A DNA stretch of 49,395 nt from a bacterium (GTDB lineage: Bacteria; CLD3; SB21). A model generated the notes under the pieces. That model did not search any database and was not told the origin of the DNA. It was given only the letters and a program-made list of their open reading frames with translations. The stretch is from positions 62,001 through 111,395 of the forward strand of contig JABWCP010000013.1 in the NCBI GenBank assembly GCA_013360215.1. The letters run 5' to 3'. The number at the start of each line of letters is the position of its first letter. The stretch's first letter is position 1. This document shows, piece by piece, positions 22,765-31,883 of the stretch. The position numbers and the translations under genes were made by a program.

Positions 22765-23730
22765 TTAGCTTATTTTATCCATTGCTTTGGATCGCATCAG
22801 GTACCAACCTAACACTATTAAATTTGCTCCAATAAAAATAATTTTCATCTCGTCCGGTAAAGAAAGTCTTGTAATAAAGCCTTCGATAATACCTGCAATA
22901 ATAAGCATAGGAACAATGCCGATGATCAGCGTGAGGGCTTCGCGGGATGCATTGCGTAAAGCTGTTATGCGTGGAAAATTTCCGGGAAAAACCAAAGCGC
23001 GGCCGATACACAAACCGGCCCCGCCGGCAATAAAAACACTGAATAATTCCAATGTTCCGTGCATCATGATCGTAAGAAACGAAGAGAACAACAGACCATG
23101 CTTAAAAAATATATAAAAGAATGCGCCGATGATCAGTCCGTTGTGAAATAAAACATAGAGTGTGCCGATGCCGGCAAAAAGGCCAAATGCAAATGTTAAA
23201 AATGTCACTTTTATATTATTTGTCATCAAAAACCCGGACATCGCGGGACTTTGTTCGGATTTATATATTGCAAAAGGATCGTCAGAACGAATATTGGATT
23301 CTGTTTTGCTGACATAGGCATCACCAAGTAAATGCCTCGGCAAGTCGTTATTAGCAAAAGAACCGGCAAACGCAAATAATCCCCCAAGCACAAAAATCAA
23401 AGCTGAAAGAAAGATCAGACGTCGGTGACGTAAAATAGTGGCCGGAATATCTATTAAAAAATATGATGACCAGTGAAACCTTGTTATTTTGGTTCTTCCG
23501 TAGATCGTGTTATGAGAGCGGCTGATAAGCTGATGCAACTCGCCAACGATGCGTTCATATGGAAACGTCAACCGGGCAAATGCATAATCGGCACAAGCGG
23601 CCCGGTAAAGACGAATCATTTCCGTCAAATCCTGATGCGGTAAATTTTTGTCACGCTCATACGTATCTACTAATGCGTGAAGCTTGTACCAATGTGGTTT
23701 CTTTTTAGTGACGAAATCATCTAATGTCAT
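22765..23730 (-). CDS. Stage II sporulation protein M (SpoIIM/DUF95) family membrane protein
   Basis: LYRAACADYA..R, NNIKVTFL.FAFG, NGLIIG, HGTLEL..IAGGAG, AGIIEGFIT motifs. Confidence 0.9.
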   Translation of the reverse strand: MTLDDFVTKKKPHWYKLHALVDTYERDKNLPHQDLTEMIRLYRAACADYAFARLTFPYERIVGELHQLISRSHNTIYGRTKITRFHWSSYFLIDIPATILRHRRLIFLSALIFVLGGLFAFAGSFANNDLPRHLLGDAYVSKTESNIRSDDPFAIYKSEQSPAMSGFLMTNNIKVTFLTFAFGLFAGIGTLYVLFHNGLIIGAFFYIFFKHGLLFSSFLTIMMHGTLELFSVFIAGGAGLCIGRALVFPGNFPRITALRNASREALTLIIGIVPMLIIAGIIEGFITRLSLPDEMKIIFIGANLIVLGWYLMRSKAMDKIS

Positions 23731-23805
23731 AAAAACTTGTGGGCCTCTTCGATAAACTATATATTACAATATCTGAATTTTATCATAAAACGTAAAGAAA
23801 GTAAA

Positions 23806-24225
23806 ATGATCCGAAGACAATTTTTGCTACGCATGGCAACTGCTTGTGCGGGGATTTTTGGAATGGGATTTACCGCTAAAAAAGCATTATTGGGCGAAAA
23901 CGAAAAATTCGAAATCTTGATCAAGGACTATCCGGAATTGGAAAAAGTCGGCGGGTCAAAGCTCATAAAAGATATCGAAATAGGCTCACAAACGGACAAT
24001 ATTATTGTTGTTCGTAAAAAGGAAGATGAGTTTGTTGTTTTTTCTGCCATTTGTCGCCACAAAAAGTGTAATGTAAAATACAAAAACGAAAAATCGCTTT
24101 TCGTATGCCCTTGTCACGGTAGTACTTACGATATGGACGGAAAAGTGCAAAAAGGACCTTCCACAACCGACATTTTGAAATACAAATCGGAAAGAAAAGG
24201 CGATAAACTTATCGTATATGCTTAG
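23806..24225 (+). CDS. Tat-exported Rieske [2Fe-2S] protein
   Basis: MIRRQFL twin-arginine signal from the ATG at 23806; CRHKKC and CPCHGS boxes, GP motif. Confidence 0.9.
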   Translation: MIRRQFLLRMATACAGIFGMGFTAKKALLGENEKFEILIKDYPELEKVGGSKLIKDIEIGSQTDNIIVVRKKEDEFVVFSAICRHKKCNVKYKNEKSLFVCPCHGSTYDMDGKVQKGPSTTDILKYKSERKGDKLIVYA

Positions 24226-24676
24226 AAAACCAACACAAGGTCGCAGAAGATTTGTAAAAGATATGATGCGGTTGATCGTAGCGTTACCGGTGATCGGAGG
24301 ACTGGTGTTCTGGCTTAATGAAGATGAATCAACACCGGATTTGCAAGGCGATGTAAAAGATAAAAACGGTCAACCGATAAAAGCTTCGGATATAGATATC
24401 GGCCGCGGCAAAATTTGCTTGGTCAACGAAGAAAAGATCTTAGTGATCAACGATCTGGAACGTTACTATGCGCTTTATGCGCACTGTACACATCAAGGAT
24501 GTATCGTTCGGTGGAACACTAAAGAAGCATTAGTGCAATGCGGTTGTCATGGCGCACGATTTGATACATCGGGTCATGTACTTATGGGGCCGGCCACGCG
24601 ACCTCTTACAGCATATCAAGTCGTAATCAAAGACGGGTTTCTAAAATTATCCGGTAAAAAAATCACCCCAGCATAA
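24218..24676 (+). CDS. Membrane-anchored Tat Rieske [2Fe-2S] protein
   Basis: GRRRFVK followed by a TM helix; CTHQGC and CGCHGA boxes; GPATRPL. Confidence 0.92.
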   Translation: MLRKPTQGRRRFVKDMMRLIVALPVIGGLVFWLNEDESTPDLQGDVKDKNGQPIKASDIDIGRGKICLVNEEKILVINDLERYYALYAHCTHQGCIVRWNTKEALVQCGCHGARFDTSGHVLMGPATRPLTAYQVVIKDGFLKLSGKKITPA

Positions 24677-25712
24677 AATCAATGATCTTCTTCTTGGGAT
24701 CAAAAGGAGCCAGTTGGTTGAGGCCCAGTTGTTCGATCGCACAGTCTATGAGATCGTCATCGCTGCTGATTTGTAACTTTAATTTATCCGCATAAAATCG
24801 TCCGGCCATCGTAATTGCATCTTTAGGTATCAATCCTACAATTTCACTCCCGGTTACGCGTGTACCAAGGTTCGCGGCTTCCTTTTTACATTCTTCATAG
24901 GCCGTATGCATTCCGGTAATAAGGTAATTGAGTAAATTCATGGAGACTTGTGTGATCCCGAAAGACTCCATCCATATGCCTTTAGCTTGTGTTTCGCGTA
25001 ATGAGCCCGGGATGCGAATGACTTTACCTTTTTCATCCTTCACCGTATTGCCTTGTGCATCCTTTTTGGGGCGCCCGCTTTCACGCACACGCAGTGCGAT
25101 TTCATCAGCTTGCTGGACATCTTTGGTTTCTACGTTGACATTATAAGCGACAAGAAAAAATCGTGCACCGGTAACCGTAGCTCCGGAACGGGCTACGCGT
25201 TCAGAGTAATCTGAACTGCCGTAATCGGGAGCCCACATCGGATCGGTTAATTTTTCGCGTAAGCCTTCGTATTCACCTTTGCGGATGTCCGGTAGTTTTT
25301 TACGTTCCGGGCGACGTGCGGCATGTGCGTACAAATACATAGGAACGTGAAGATCGCGAGCAGCACGTTCGCCAAATTGATATGCGAGAGCGGCGCAATC
25401 ATCCATGGTAACACCACTGACCGGAACAAAAGGCACCACATCCGTCGCGCCCATGCGCGGGTGTTCGCCCTTATGCCGACGCATGTCGATCGTTTCACAA
25501 GCGGCGGCCATACCGGCCAGAGCCGCATCCACACAGGGTTGCGGGTCGCCTGCAAAGGTTACGACCACGCGATTGTAATCTTTATCAGGTTCGACATTAA
25601 GCAAGCGGATGCCGTTTGTTTTTTCAATGGCGTCCGTAATGGTTTGTATTACTTTGGTATCGCGGCCTTCGCTGAAATTAGGCACGCATTCGACTATCGA
25701 TTTGGTTGACAT
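24663..25712 (-). CDS. ftcD: Glutamate formimidoyltransferase (FT domain only)
   Basis: VECVPNFSEGRD, HKGEHPRMGATDVVPFVP, IRKGEYEG, GAR.FLVAYNVN, QVSMNL, GSEIVGLIP. Confidence 0.95.
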   Translation of the reverse strand: MSTKSIVECVPNFSEGRDTKVIQTITDAIEKTNGIRLLNVEPDKDYNRVVVTFAGDPQPCVDAALAGMAAACETIDMRRHKGEHPRMGATDVVPFVPVSGVTMDDCAALAYQFGERAARDLHVPMYLYAHAARRPERKKLPDIRKGEYEGLREKLTDPMWAPDYGSSDYSERVARSGATVTGARFFLVAYNVNVETKDVQQADEIALRVRESGRPKKDAQGNTVKDEKGKVIRIPGSLRETQAKGIWMESFGITQVSMNLLNYLITGMHTAYEECKKEAANLGTRVTGSEIVGLIPKDAITMAGRFYADKLKLQISSDDDLIDCAIEQLGLNQLAPFDPKKKIIDFMLG

Positions 25713-25715
25713 AAG

Positions 25716-26195
25716 CTATCGGTTTCCTGTGACTTTGTAGAACTTCATATATTCGTCCGGTTGCAAAAACTCCAATTTTCCGAAACGACCGGCATACATT
25801 TTTTTATAACGCGGGGCATTCCATGAAACAAAAAGACGTATCGTACGCTGACGCACCAATGTAAACATCATGGCATCCAGAATATTACCCGTATTTTGGG
25901 TCATATACATGATTTCACCGAAAAAATGGTCTAAAAAATATTCGGTCGAAAGATCGTAAGTGCTTGGGTGAATAATTTCCAAGTTATACGTCCGATCAAA
26001 ATTTTCATAAAAACCTAAAAGTTCTTTTTCGGTACAGTGCGGCGCGATCAAGCTGCATACTTCGAGCAGATTGAAAATCGTAGTATAGTTTTTTTGGACC
26101 TGAATGCGGTGGAGGAATAAACTATTGGTCTCGTATCGCGGATCATTGGTATAAAAATTATCCATGATAAAGATATCGCTGTCAATCATGATCAT
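25716..26195 (-). CDS. PIN-domain protein (putative VapC-like toxin)
   Basis: IMIDSDIFI (first Asp), NLLEV (Glu), LDAM (Asp), FVSWN; overlaps the upstream small gene by 14 nt. Confidence 0.7.
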   Translation of the reverse strand: MIMIDSDIFIMDNFYTNDPRYETNSLFLHRIQVQKNYTTIFNLLEVCSLIAPHCTEKELLGFYENFDRTYNLEIIHPSTYDLSTEYFLDHFFGEIMYMTQNTGNILDAMMFTLVRQRTIRLFVSWNAPRYKKMYAGRFGKLEFLQPDEYMKFYKVTGNR

Positions 26196-26496
26196 CGGCG
26201 TATCTCCTCAGGCTTTGGGATGCCGCTTCGATATTTTCATAGGGCAGTTTTCCGTCTATTTTGGCCGAGACCTGTTTTAGTTTCTCACGTGAACTGACTT
26301 GTTGTTCGGTAGAGACATCCGCTGCTTGACGGCGCCTGATTTTTTCCAATACGCTAACACCTTGCAATTCCGGTGCGACGCCATCGGAGATTTTTTCATC
26401 CGTCACGATGATGAGCAATTTCGTGTTGTTGTCGGCTTTGAGTTCCTCCAAAGCTTCCACTTTTCCGTTTCTATAAACGCCTTGTACGGTTTTCAA
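26182..26496 (-). CDS. DUF104/AF2212-like putative antitoxin
   Basis: N-terminus MKTVQGVYRNGKVEALEEL matches the DUF104 pattern; GGAG RBS before the TTG. Confidence 0.7.
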   Translation of the reverse strand: MKTVQGVYRNGKVEALEELKADNNTKLLIIVTDEKISDGVAPELQGVSVLEKIRRRQAADVSTEQQVSSREKLKQVSAKIDGKLPYENIEAASQSLRRYADDHD

Positions 26497-26524
26497 TCGG
26501 TGTACTCCGGTTACATACGTCGTA

Positions 26525-28162
26525 TCATGCGATGATCAGATCGGCTTCGTTGATTTGTACCGTCGGATATTCGCGTAATTTGGTTATCACCTCATTCATA
26601 ATGGCATGAACGCGGGCTTCGGTTTTGGCTTCGAATCGTACCACCAGTACAGGCTGTGTATTGGATGCACGCACAAGACCCCAACCGTCACCATATAAAA
26701 TTCGTACGCCATCTACGTCAATGATTTCATATTTCTTACGGAAATAATCGCGAACTTCATCTACGATGCGAAATTTATCCGCCTCGGTGGTGTCCACGCG
26801 AATTTCAGGCGTTGAATAAAATTTTGGAAAACTATCTGAAAGTTCAGATAGAGTATGCGGTGCACGGCTTATCATCTGCACCAGGCGTGCGGCCACATAA
26901 ATCGCATCATCATACCCATAAAAGTCATCAGCAAAGAAAATATGCCCGCTCATTTCACCGGCGAGCGGATTATGGAGTTCTTTCATCTTAGCTTTAAGCA
27001 GCGAATGGCCGGTTTTCCACATTACCGGAACACCACCATGGGTTTGAATATCTTCAATTAAACCTTGCGAACATTTGACATCAAAAAGAATTTTCTGGCC
27101 TGGGTTTTTCTGATTGATTTCGCGGGCCAGCAAAGCGATCAGCTTGTCCGCCCAAACGACGCGGCCGAGTTCGTCAATAGCGCCTACGCGGTCCGTATCA
27201 CCGTCAAATCCAAGGCCAAGATCGGCTTGATGTTCGACCACGAGATCCTGAAGGTCTTTGATATACTCCAGTTTGGTGGGATCAGGAAGGTGATTGGGGA
27301 ATGTTCCGTCCGGTTCGCAATACAATTCGATCACTTCACAACCCAGTTTGCGGAAAATTTTGGGTGCGATCGTGCCAGCCGTACCATTGCCGGCATCAAT
27401 AACGATTTTAAATTTCTTATCCAGATGGATTTTTTCGGTAATCATCTGAATGTATTGCGAAATGATCGTTTTTTCATGATAGGTGCCGTTGCCGGTAGCG
27501 AAAGCTTTGCCGTCAATGATGTGGCGGAGGCGCTGAATCTCTGTGCCAAAAATAGGGGCCAAGCCGAGGCACATTTTGAACCCGTTGTATTCACGCGGAT
27601 TGTGGCTGCCGGTGACCATGATGCCGCCGTCGGTTTTATAAAAAACAATCGAGTAATAAAGTACGGGTGTGGGCACTTCACCGACGTCAATCACTTCAAG
27701 TCCGGTGGACATCATACCTTTGACCAATGCATTTTTGAGCGCGAGCGACGTAGTCCGGACATCCCGTCCGACGGTTACAACTTTGGCGCCTTTATCCACC
27801 ATATACGTGCCGTATGCTTTACCGAGTAATTCAACGACTTCGATCTGTAAGTCATCGGCGACAATGCCGCGAATGTCGTATTCACGGAATATATTAGGAT
27901 TTACAAAAACAGGTGATTTGGGTTTAAGCGAAGCGACGGATGATTTCTTCCCTGTGCTCTTCTTTTTTACAACTTTGCGAGATACCGGTTTAACCTTCTT
28001 ACGCGCCGTAACTTTTTTGGACGGTTTACGCTTTGGTTTTACGGATTTCGTTTTTTTGGCAGGACGCGCAGATGTTTTAGCTAAAGTTTTTTTGGTCGCT
28101 TTTTTTGCTTTGAGTTTGGACTTGCGAACTACTTTTTTTACGGGTTTCTTTTTGGTCGGCAT
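26525..28162 (-). CDS. algC: Phosphomannomutase/phosphoglucomutase (AlgC-type) with an 86-aa Lys-rich N-terminal extension
   Basis: IFREYDIRG, TGSHNP phosphoserine loop, FDGDTDR metal loop, GEMSGH, RASNTQP; GGAG RBS 7 nt before the ATG at 28162. Confidence 0.95.
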   Translation of the reverse strand: MPTKKKPVKKVVRKSKLKAKKATKKTLAKTSARPAKKTKSVKPKRKPSKKVTARKKVKPVSRKVVKKKSTGKKSSVASLKPKSPVFVNPNIFREYDIRGIVADDLQIEVVELLGKAYGTYMVDKGAKVVTVGRDVRTTSLALKNALVKGMMSTGLEVIDVGEVPTPVLYYSIVFYKTDGGIMVTGSHNPREYNGFKMCLGLAPIFGTEIQRLRHIIDGKAFATGNGTYHEKTIISQYIQMITEKIHLDKKFKIVIDAGNGTAGTIAPKIFRKLGCEVIELYCEPDGTFPNHLPDPTKLEYIKDLQDLVVEHQADLGLGFDGDTDRVGAIDELGRVVWADKLIALLAREINQKNPGQKILFDVKCSQGLIEDIQTHGGVPVMWKTGHSLLKAKMKELHNPLAGEMSGHIFFADDFYGYDDAIYVAARLVQMISRAPHTLSELSDSFPKFYSTPEIRVDTTEADKFRIVDEVRDYFRKKYEIIDVDGVRILYGDGWGLVRASNTQPVLVVRFEAKTEARVHAIMNEVITKLREYPTVQINEADLIIA

Positions 28163-28285
28163 GATGGATCTCCGGTGCGTAGGCTAGTATTTATAACGGC
28201 AGTAAATTGTTTGTTTAGTGAGAAAAAAGCTTTAAAATTTAAAGCTGAATGACGGCTTTATCAAGAACTAAAACGCACAAAAAAT

Positions 28286-29656
28286 ATGTTACCATTTATC
28301 AGTATCAATCCATCCAACGGTAAAAAAATACAAAGTTATACAGAAACAGATAAGGACAAGCTCAACCGGATGATCCGCCAGTCTCATGAGCGATTTATTT
28401 TGTGGTCCCGAACAAGTTTTACCGAGCGCGCGAATCTGTTGAATAAAATTTCAGACGGATTGCTTCGTGAGAGAGAAAATTTGGCACGGCTGATGGCGTT
28501 GGAAATGGGTAAGCCGATAACGCAGGGGTTAGCCGAAGCCGACAAATGTGCATGGGTTTGCAGGTATTATGCCGAAAACGCAGAAACTTTTCTCAAACCA
28601 AACGATATTCCCACCGAAGCGAAAAAAAGTTACGTTTGTTTTTCTCCACTAGGTGTGGTACTGGGCATCATGCCATGGAATTTTCCGTTGTGGCAGGTGT
28701 TGCGATTTGCAGCGCCGACATGGATGGCGGGTAACACGATCATACTCAAACATGCACCGAATGTTTCGGGATGTGCGGAGGCCATTGCCCGATTGGTATC
28801 CGAAGCCGGCGCACCGCAAGGATTGTACTCCGTGATTCATGTTCAGCCTGATGTAATCGAAGATGTTATTTCTAATCCTTGTATCGCGGCGGTGACGCTC
28901 ACCGGCAGTACAGCCGCGGGAAAGTCGGTCGCGGGTTTGGCCGGGCGAAATTTAAAAAAATGCGTACTTGAGCTTGGAGGGAGTGATCCGTACATCATTT
29001 TAGAAGATGCGAATTTGGAGACAACCGTGGACGCTTGTGTCACTTCACGCCTCATCAATAGCGGTCAAAGTTGCATCGCGGCCAAACGATTTATCGTCAC
29101 AGCACCGGTCTATGATGATTTTGTGGAGCAATTTGTGCAGACGATGAAAATAAAAACGTATGGTGATCCGCAGGAGGGTAATTACGATATCGGGCCGATC
29201 GCGCGAAACGATTTACGTGAAAAACTTCATTCGCAAGTTCTAACAGGAAAACAAGAAGGCGCCCATGTAATACTAGGTGGTGAGATACCGGAAAGAGCGG
29301 GTTTCTTTTATCCTTGTACGGTAATTACCGATGTAAAAAAAGGAATGGCTTTATATCATGAAGAGACGTTTGGACCTGTGGCTACTATAATCCGTTCGGA
29401 AAATGAAACAGAAGCTATCGCGATAGCCAATGATACGATGTACGGGCTTGGCGCAGCCGTATTTACTTCCGACGTCGAGCGCGGTGAAAAATTAGCCAAG
29501 GATCATCTTTTAGCCGGTTCGTGTTTCGTTAATGCGTTTGTGCGCTCAGATCCGAGATTACCATTTGGCGGCATCAAAGAATCCGGATTGGGAAGAGAAT
29601 TGGGTTTGTATGGCATACGCGAATTTGTAAACGTTAAAACAGTATATGTAGCGTGA
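28286..29656 (+). CDS. sad: NAD(P)-dependent succinate-semialdehyde dehydrogenase (Sad/GabD1-type aldehyde dehydrogenase)
   Basis: IMPWNFPLWQ, TLTGS, LELGGSDP, GQSCIAAKR, EETFGP, PFGGIKESG.GRELG. Confidence 0.9.
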   Translation: MLPFISINPSNGKKIQSYTETDKDKLNRMIRQSHERFILWSRTSFTERANLLNKISDGLLRERENLARLMALEMGKPITQGLAEADKCAWVCRYYAENAETFLKPNDIPTEAKKSYVCFSPLGVVLGIMPWNFPLWQVLRFAAPTWMAGNTIILKHAPNVSGCAEAIARLVSEAGAPQGLYSVIHVQPDVIEDVISNPCIAAVTLTGSTAAGKSVAGLAGRNLKKCVLELGGSDPYIILEDANLETTVDACVTSRLINSGQSCIAAKRFIVTAPVYDDFVEQFVQTMKIKTYGDPQEGNYDIGPIARNDLREKLHSQVLTGKQEGAHVILGGEIPERAGFFYPCTVITDVKKGMALYHEETFGPVATIIRSENETEAIAIANDTMYGLGAAVFTSDVERGEKLAKDHLLAGSCFVNAFVRSDPRLPFGGIKESGLGRELGLYGIREFVNVKTVYVA

Positions 29657-29717
29657 GTATGGTGTTGCGCAATATTAATGCCATCGCACTCGGAACGAAA
29701 TAAATTTCTTGGTAAAA

Positions 29718-30638
29718 CTAACTCTTTATTTCTTGTGCTGTTGTTGTTCGTTTGATCGTCATCAAAACTACGGCCAAAATAATAATACCGGCAGATACCA
29801 AAGTTCGCACGGTCAATTCCTCGCCGCCCATCAAGGCACCCAGCAAAACGGCTACGATGGGGTTGACATACGCATACGTTGCTACTTTATTGGGGGCAAC
29901 GTGTTTGAGAAGCCAAATATACGCTGTAAACCCAAGCAGCGAGCCAAAAACGCATAAATAAATAACAGCAAGAATGGATTTTTGTGATACGGCGCTCCAT
30001 TGTACGGAATACCAGTCCCCGGTAAATACGGCAAGAATGAGCAATAACCCACCGCCGACCATCATCTCTATAGACACCGTCATCATCGGTGAGCTTGGCA
30101 AATGAGCACGTCGTGAAAAAAGCGAACCAAATGACCAAAGGAGCGTGGCTGCAATCAAAGCGAATGCGCCTAAGGTGTGGATTCTACCGCCGCCAATAAT
30201 TTCCTCAGGTCCGATCAAGACGGCCAAACCGCATAAACCAAGAAGAATACTTACGATTTCGCGGCGCGTAGGCATTAGCTTATCACCGTAAAATCCATTG
30301 ATCACGGACATCCATAGAGGCACGGTTGCTACAAGCAAAGCGGCTAAGCCGGACGGCACGTACGATTCGGCCCAGGTCACAAGACCATTTCCACCAAGCA
30401 GAAGCAAAGCGCCGATGATCGAGGCGTCACGCCAGTGTGAACGTTCCGGTGAGGGTTCACCGCGAAGTTTTAATACGATGAACAAAAATAAACCCGGTGA
30501 AAAATTTCGAATACCGGCCATCAAAAATGGCGGGATCGTTTCGATCGCATACTTAATGCCGAGATACGTTGAACCCCAAATGAAATAAATAGCCGCAAAG
30601 GCCAAAAGCGTTTTCAGACGGTGTGATGAATTTCCGAT
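29718..30638 (-). CDS. yedA: EamA/DMT transporter (YedA-like); start uncertain (ATC 30638, CTG 30617 or TTG 30605)
   Basis: AFAAIYFIWGSTYLGI, GGNGLV.WAE..VPSG.AAL, FGSLLGFTAY.WLL, TYAYVNPIVAV. Confidence 0.9.
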   Translation of the reverse strand: MGNSSHRLKTLLAFAAIYFIWGSTYLGIKYAIETIPPFLMAGIRNFSPGLFLFIVLKLRGEPSPERSHWRDASIIGALLLLGGNGLVTWAESYVPSGLAALLVATVPLWMSVINGFYGDKLMPTRREIVSILLGLCGLAVLIGPEEIIGGGRIHTLGAFALIAATLLWSFGSLFSRRAHLPSSPMMTVSIEMMVGGGLLLILAVFTGDWYSVQWSAVSQKSILAVIYLCVFGSLLGFTAYIWLLKHVAPNKVATYAYVNPIVAVLLGALMGGEELTVRTLVSAGIIILAVVLMTIKRTTTAQEIKS

Positions 30639-30656
30639 GATGATCTCCGATAAAGT

Positions 30657-31265
30657 TTATTTGGTAATAAGAACCAACGCTACGGTCAGTAAACAAATTC
30701 CCGCAATACGGTCTTGCCAGAGTACGGCTCGCGGTCCGGGTAAAAATTGTGCACCTTTATGAGCAATCCATCCATACGCCGACAGGATGATAAACTCCAT
30801 GACACAACCTACAACAGCTAAAACAGTAAATTGTAAAGCAATGGATTTGTCCGGAGCGATAAATTGCGGTAACATGGATCCAAAATAAATCACCGCCTTG
30901 GGATTGGCCGCTTGTGTAATGATGCCTTGGCTGAATAATTTTTTATCAGCTTCAACTTGAACCGTTTGCATAGGGCGAGGTTTGGCCGTGATCAGTATTT
31001 TGATGCCCATAAATATGAGATATCCGATGCCGCCCCATTTTAGAACTTGAAATATAACAGGAAAAGCAAGCAAAGCGGCGCTTAGACCAAGAGCCGAAAT
31101 AAAAAAATACAGCGCATTCATTACCTCAATACCCAGCGCACCCAGCATGCTTCCGCGCACGCCAAACTTCATGCCCTGACTCATAATGAGAAAAACCGCC
31201 GGACCCGGCGATAACGCCATCAAAAAAGTGGTTACAAAAAAAATCGAAAATAGAGCGTAGTCCAT
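30657..31265 (-). CDS. LysE/RhtB family translocator
   Basis: LSPGPAV, LKWGG..YL..MG, QG.ITQAANPKAVIYF..LPQFI; ATG at 31265 preferred. Confidence 0.93.
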   Translation of the reverse strand: MDYALFSIFFVTTFLMALSPGPAVFLIMSQGMKFGVRGSMLGALGIEVMNALYFFISALGLSAALLAFPVIFQVLKWGGIGYLIFMGIKILITAKPRPMQTVQVEADKKLFSQGIITQAANPKAVIYFGSMLPQFIAPDKSIALQFTVLAVVGCVMEFIILSAYGWIAHKGAQFLPGPRAVLWQDRIAGICLLTVALVLITK

Positions 31266-31463
31266 ACGTGGCTTTTTAAATAATTTAAAGGTCAAAGATA
31301 AGTCGAATGAATAACCGGCACAAGTACCATTCTATGTCAAAAGATCATAGTCCATTGATCACACGATTCATCATAGTGCATTTCATTGGTTATACCAACC
31401 CGAAACTTGATATTGTCTTAACGAATCCACACATTCATTGTATCACTTATACTGGAGCGCGTT

Positions 31464-31880
31464 ATGCTGAAGAAGTCTGTTTACAGCGTGATGGTTGTTT
31501 GGTTTTGGGTATTTAACGGTTTGGCGCAAGAAAAAGATCCTCTGAATTTGGCGGCATTAATGGCGTCACCCAATACAGTATATGAAGTACGATATAAAGA
31601 CGGCGATGGTATACGCAAAACCCTATGCTATTTGCGGGCATCATTCAAGCCGGATCATATTTTATTATATGTCTTTGATACGGCTACTGACACTTATAAA
31701 AACATAGAAGTTCCTAAATCAGCCATCTACAGTGTCAAAGCATCTGGTGAAAGTATAGGACGTCACGCCGAGGAACAAAAAAAGCAATCACCGTTTACGC
31801 CCAAAAAACTGATCATCGGCGGAGTGATCGCATGCGCCTTGATCGGGGGTGTCGTCGCTGTATTACTTTTGCCCAAATAA
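31464..31880 (+). CDS. Hypothetical exported protein with C-terminal membrane anchor
   Basis: GGAG RBS; signal peptide (GLA-QE); C-terminal hydrophobic helix; similar to 35892..36296. Confidence 0.8.
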   Translation: MLKKSVYSVMVVWFWVFNGLAQEKDPLNLAALMASPNTVYEVRYKDGDGIRKTLCYLRASFKPDHILLYVFDTATDTYKNIEVPKSAIYSVKASGESIGRHAEEQKKQSPFTPKKLIIGGVIACALIGGVVAVLLLPK

Positions 31881-31883
31881 ACA

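Noticed and set aside
22765..23730. Sporulation inferred from the SpoIIM-family gene
   Set aside because: This family is widespread in non-sporulating bacteria, and no other sporulation genes are present.
27065..28187. Long plus-strand ORFs 27065..27829 and 27669..28187
   Set aside because: They are antisense shadows of the phosphomannomutase; the Phe/Leu-rich stretch is the reverse complement of Lys codons.
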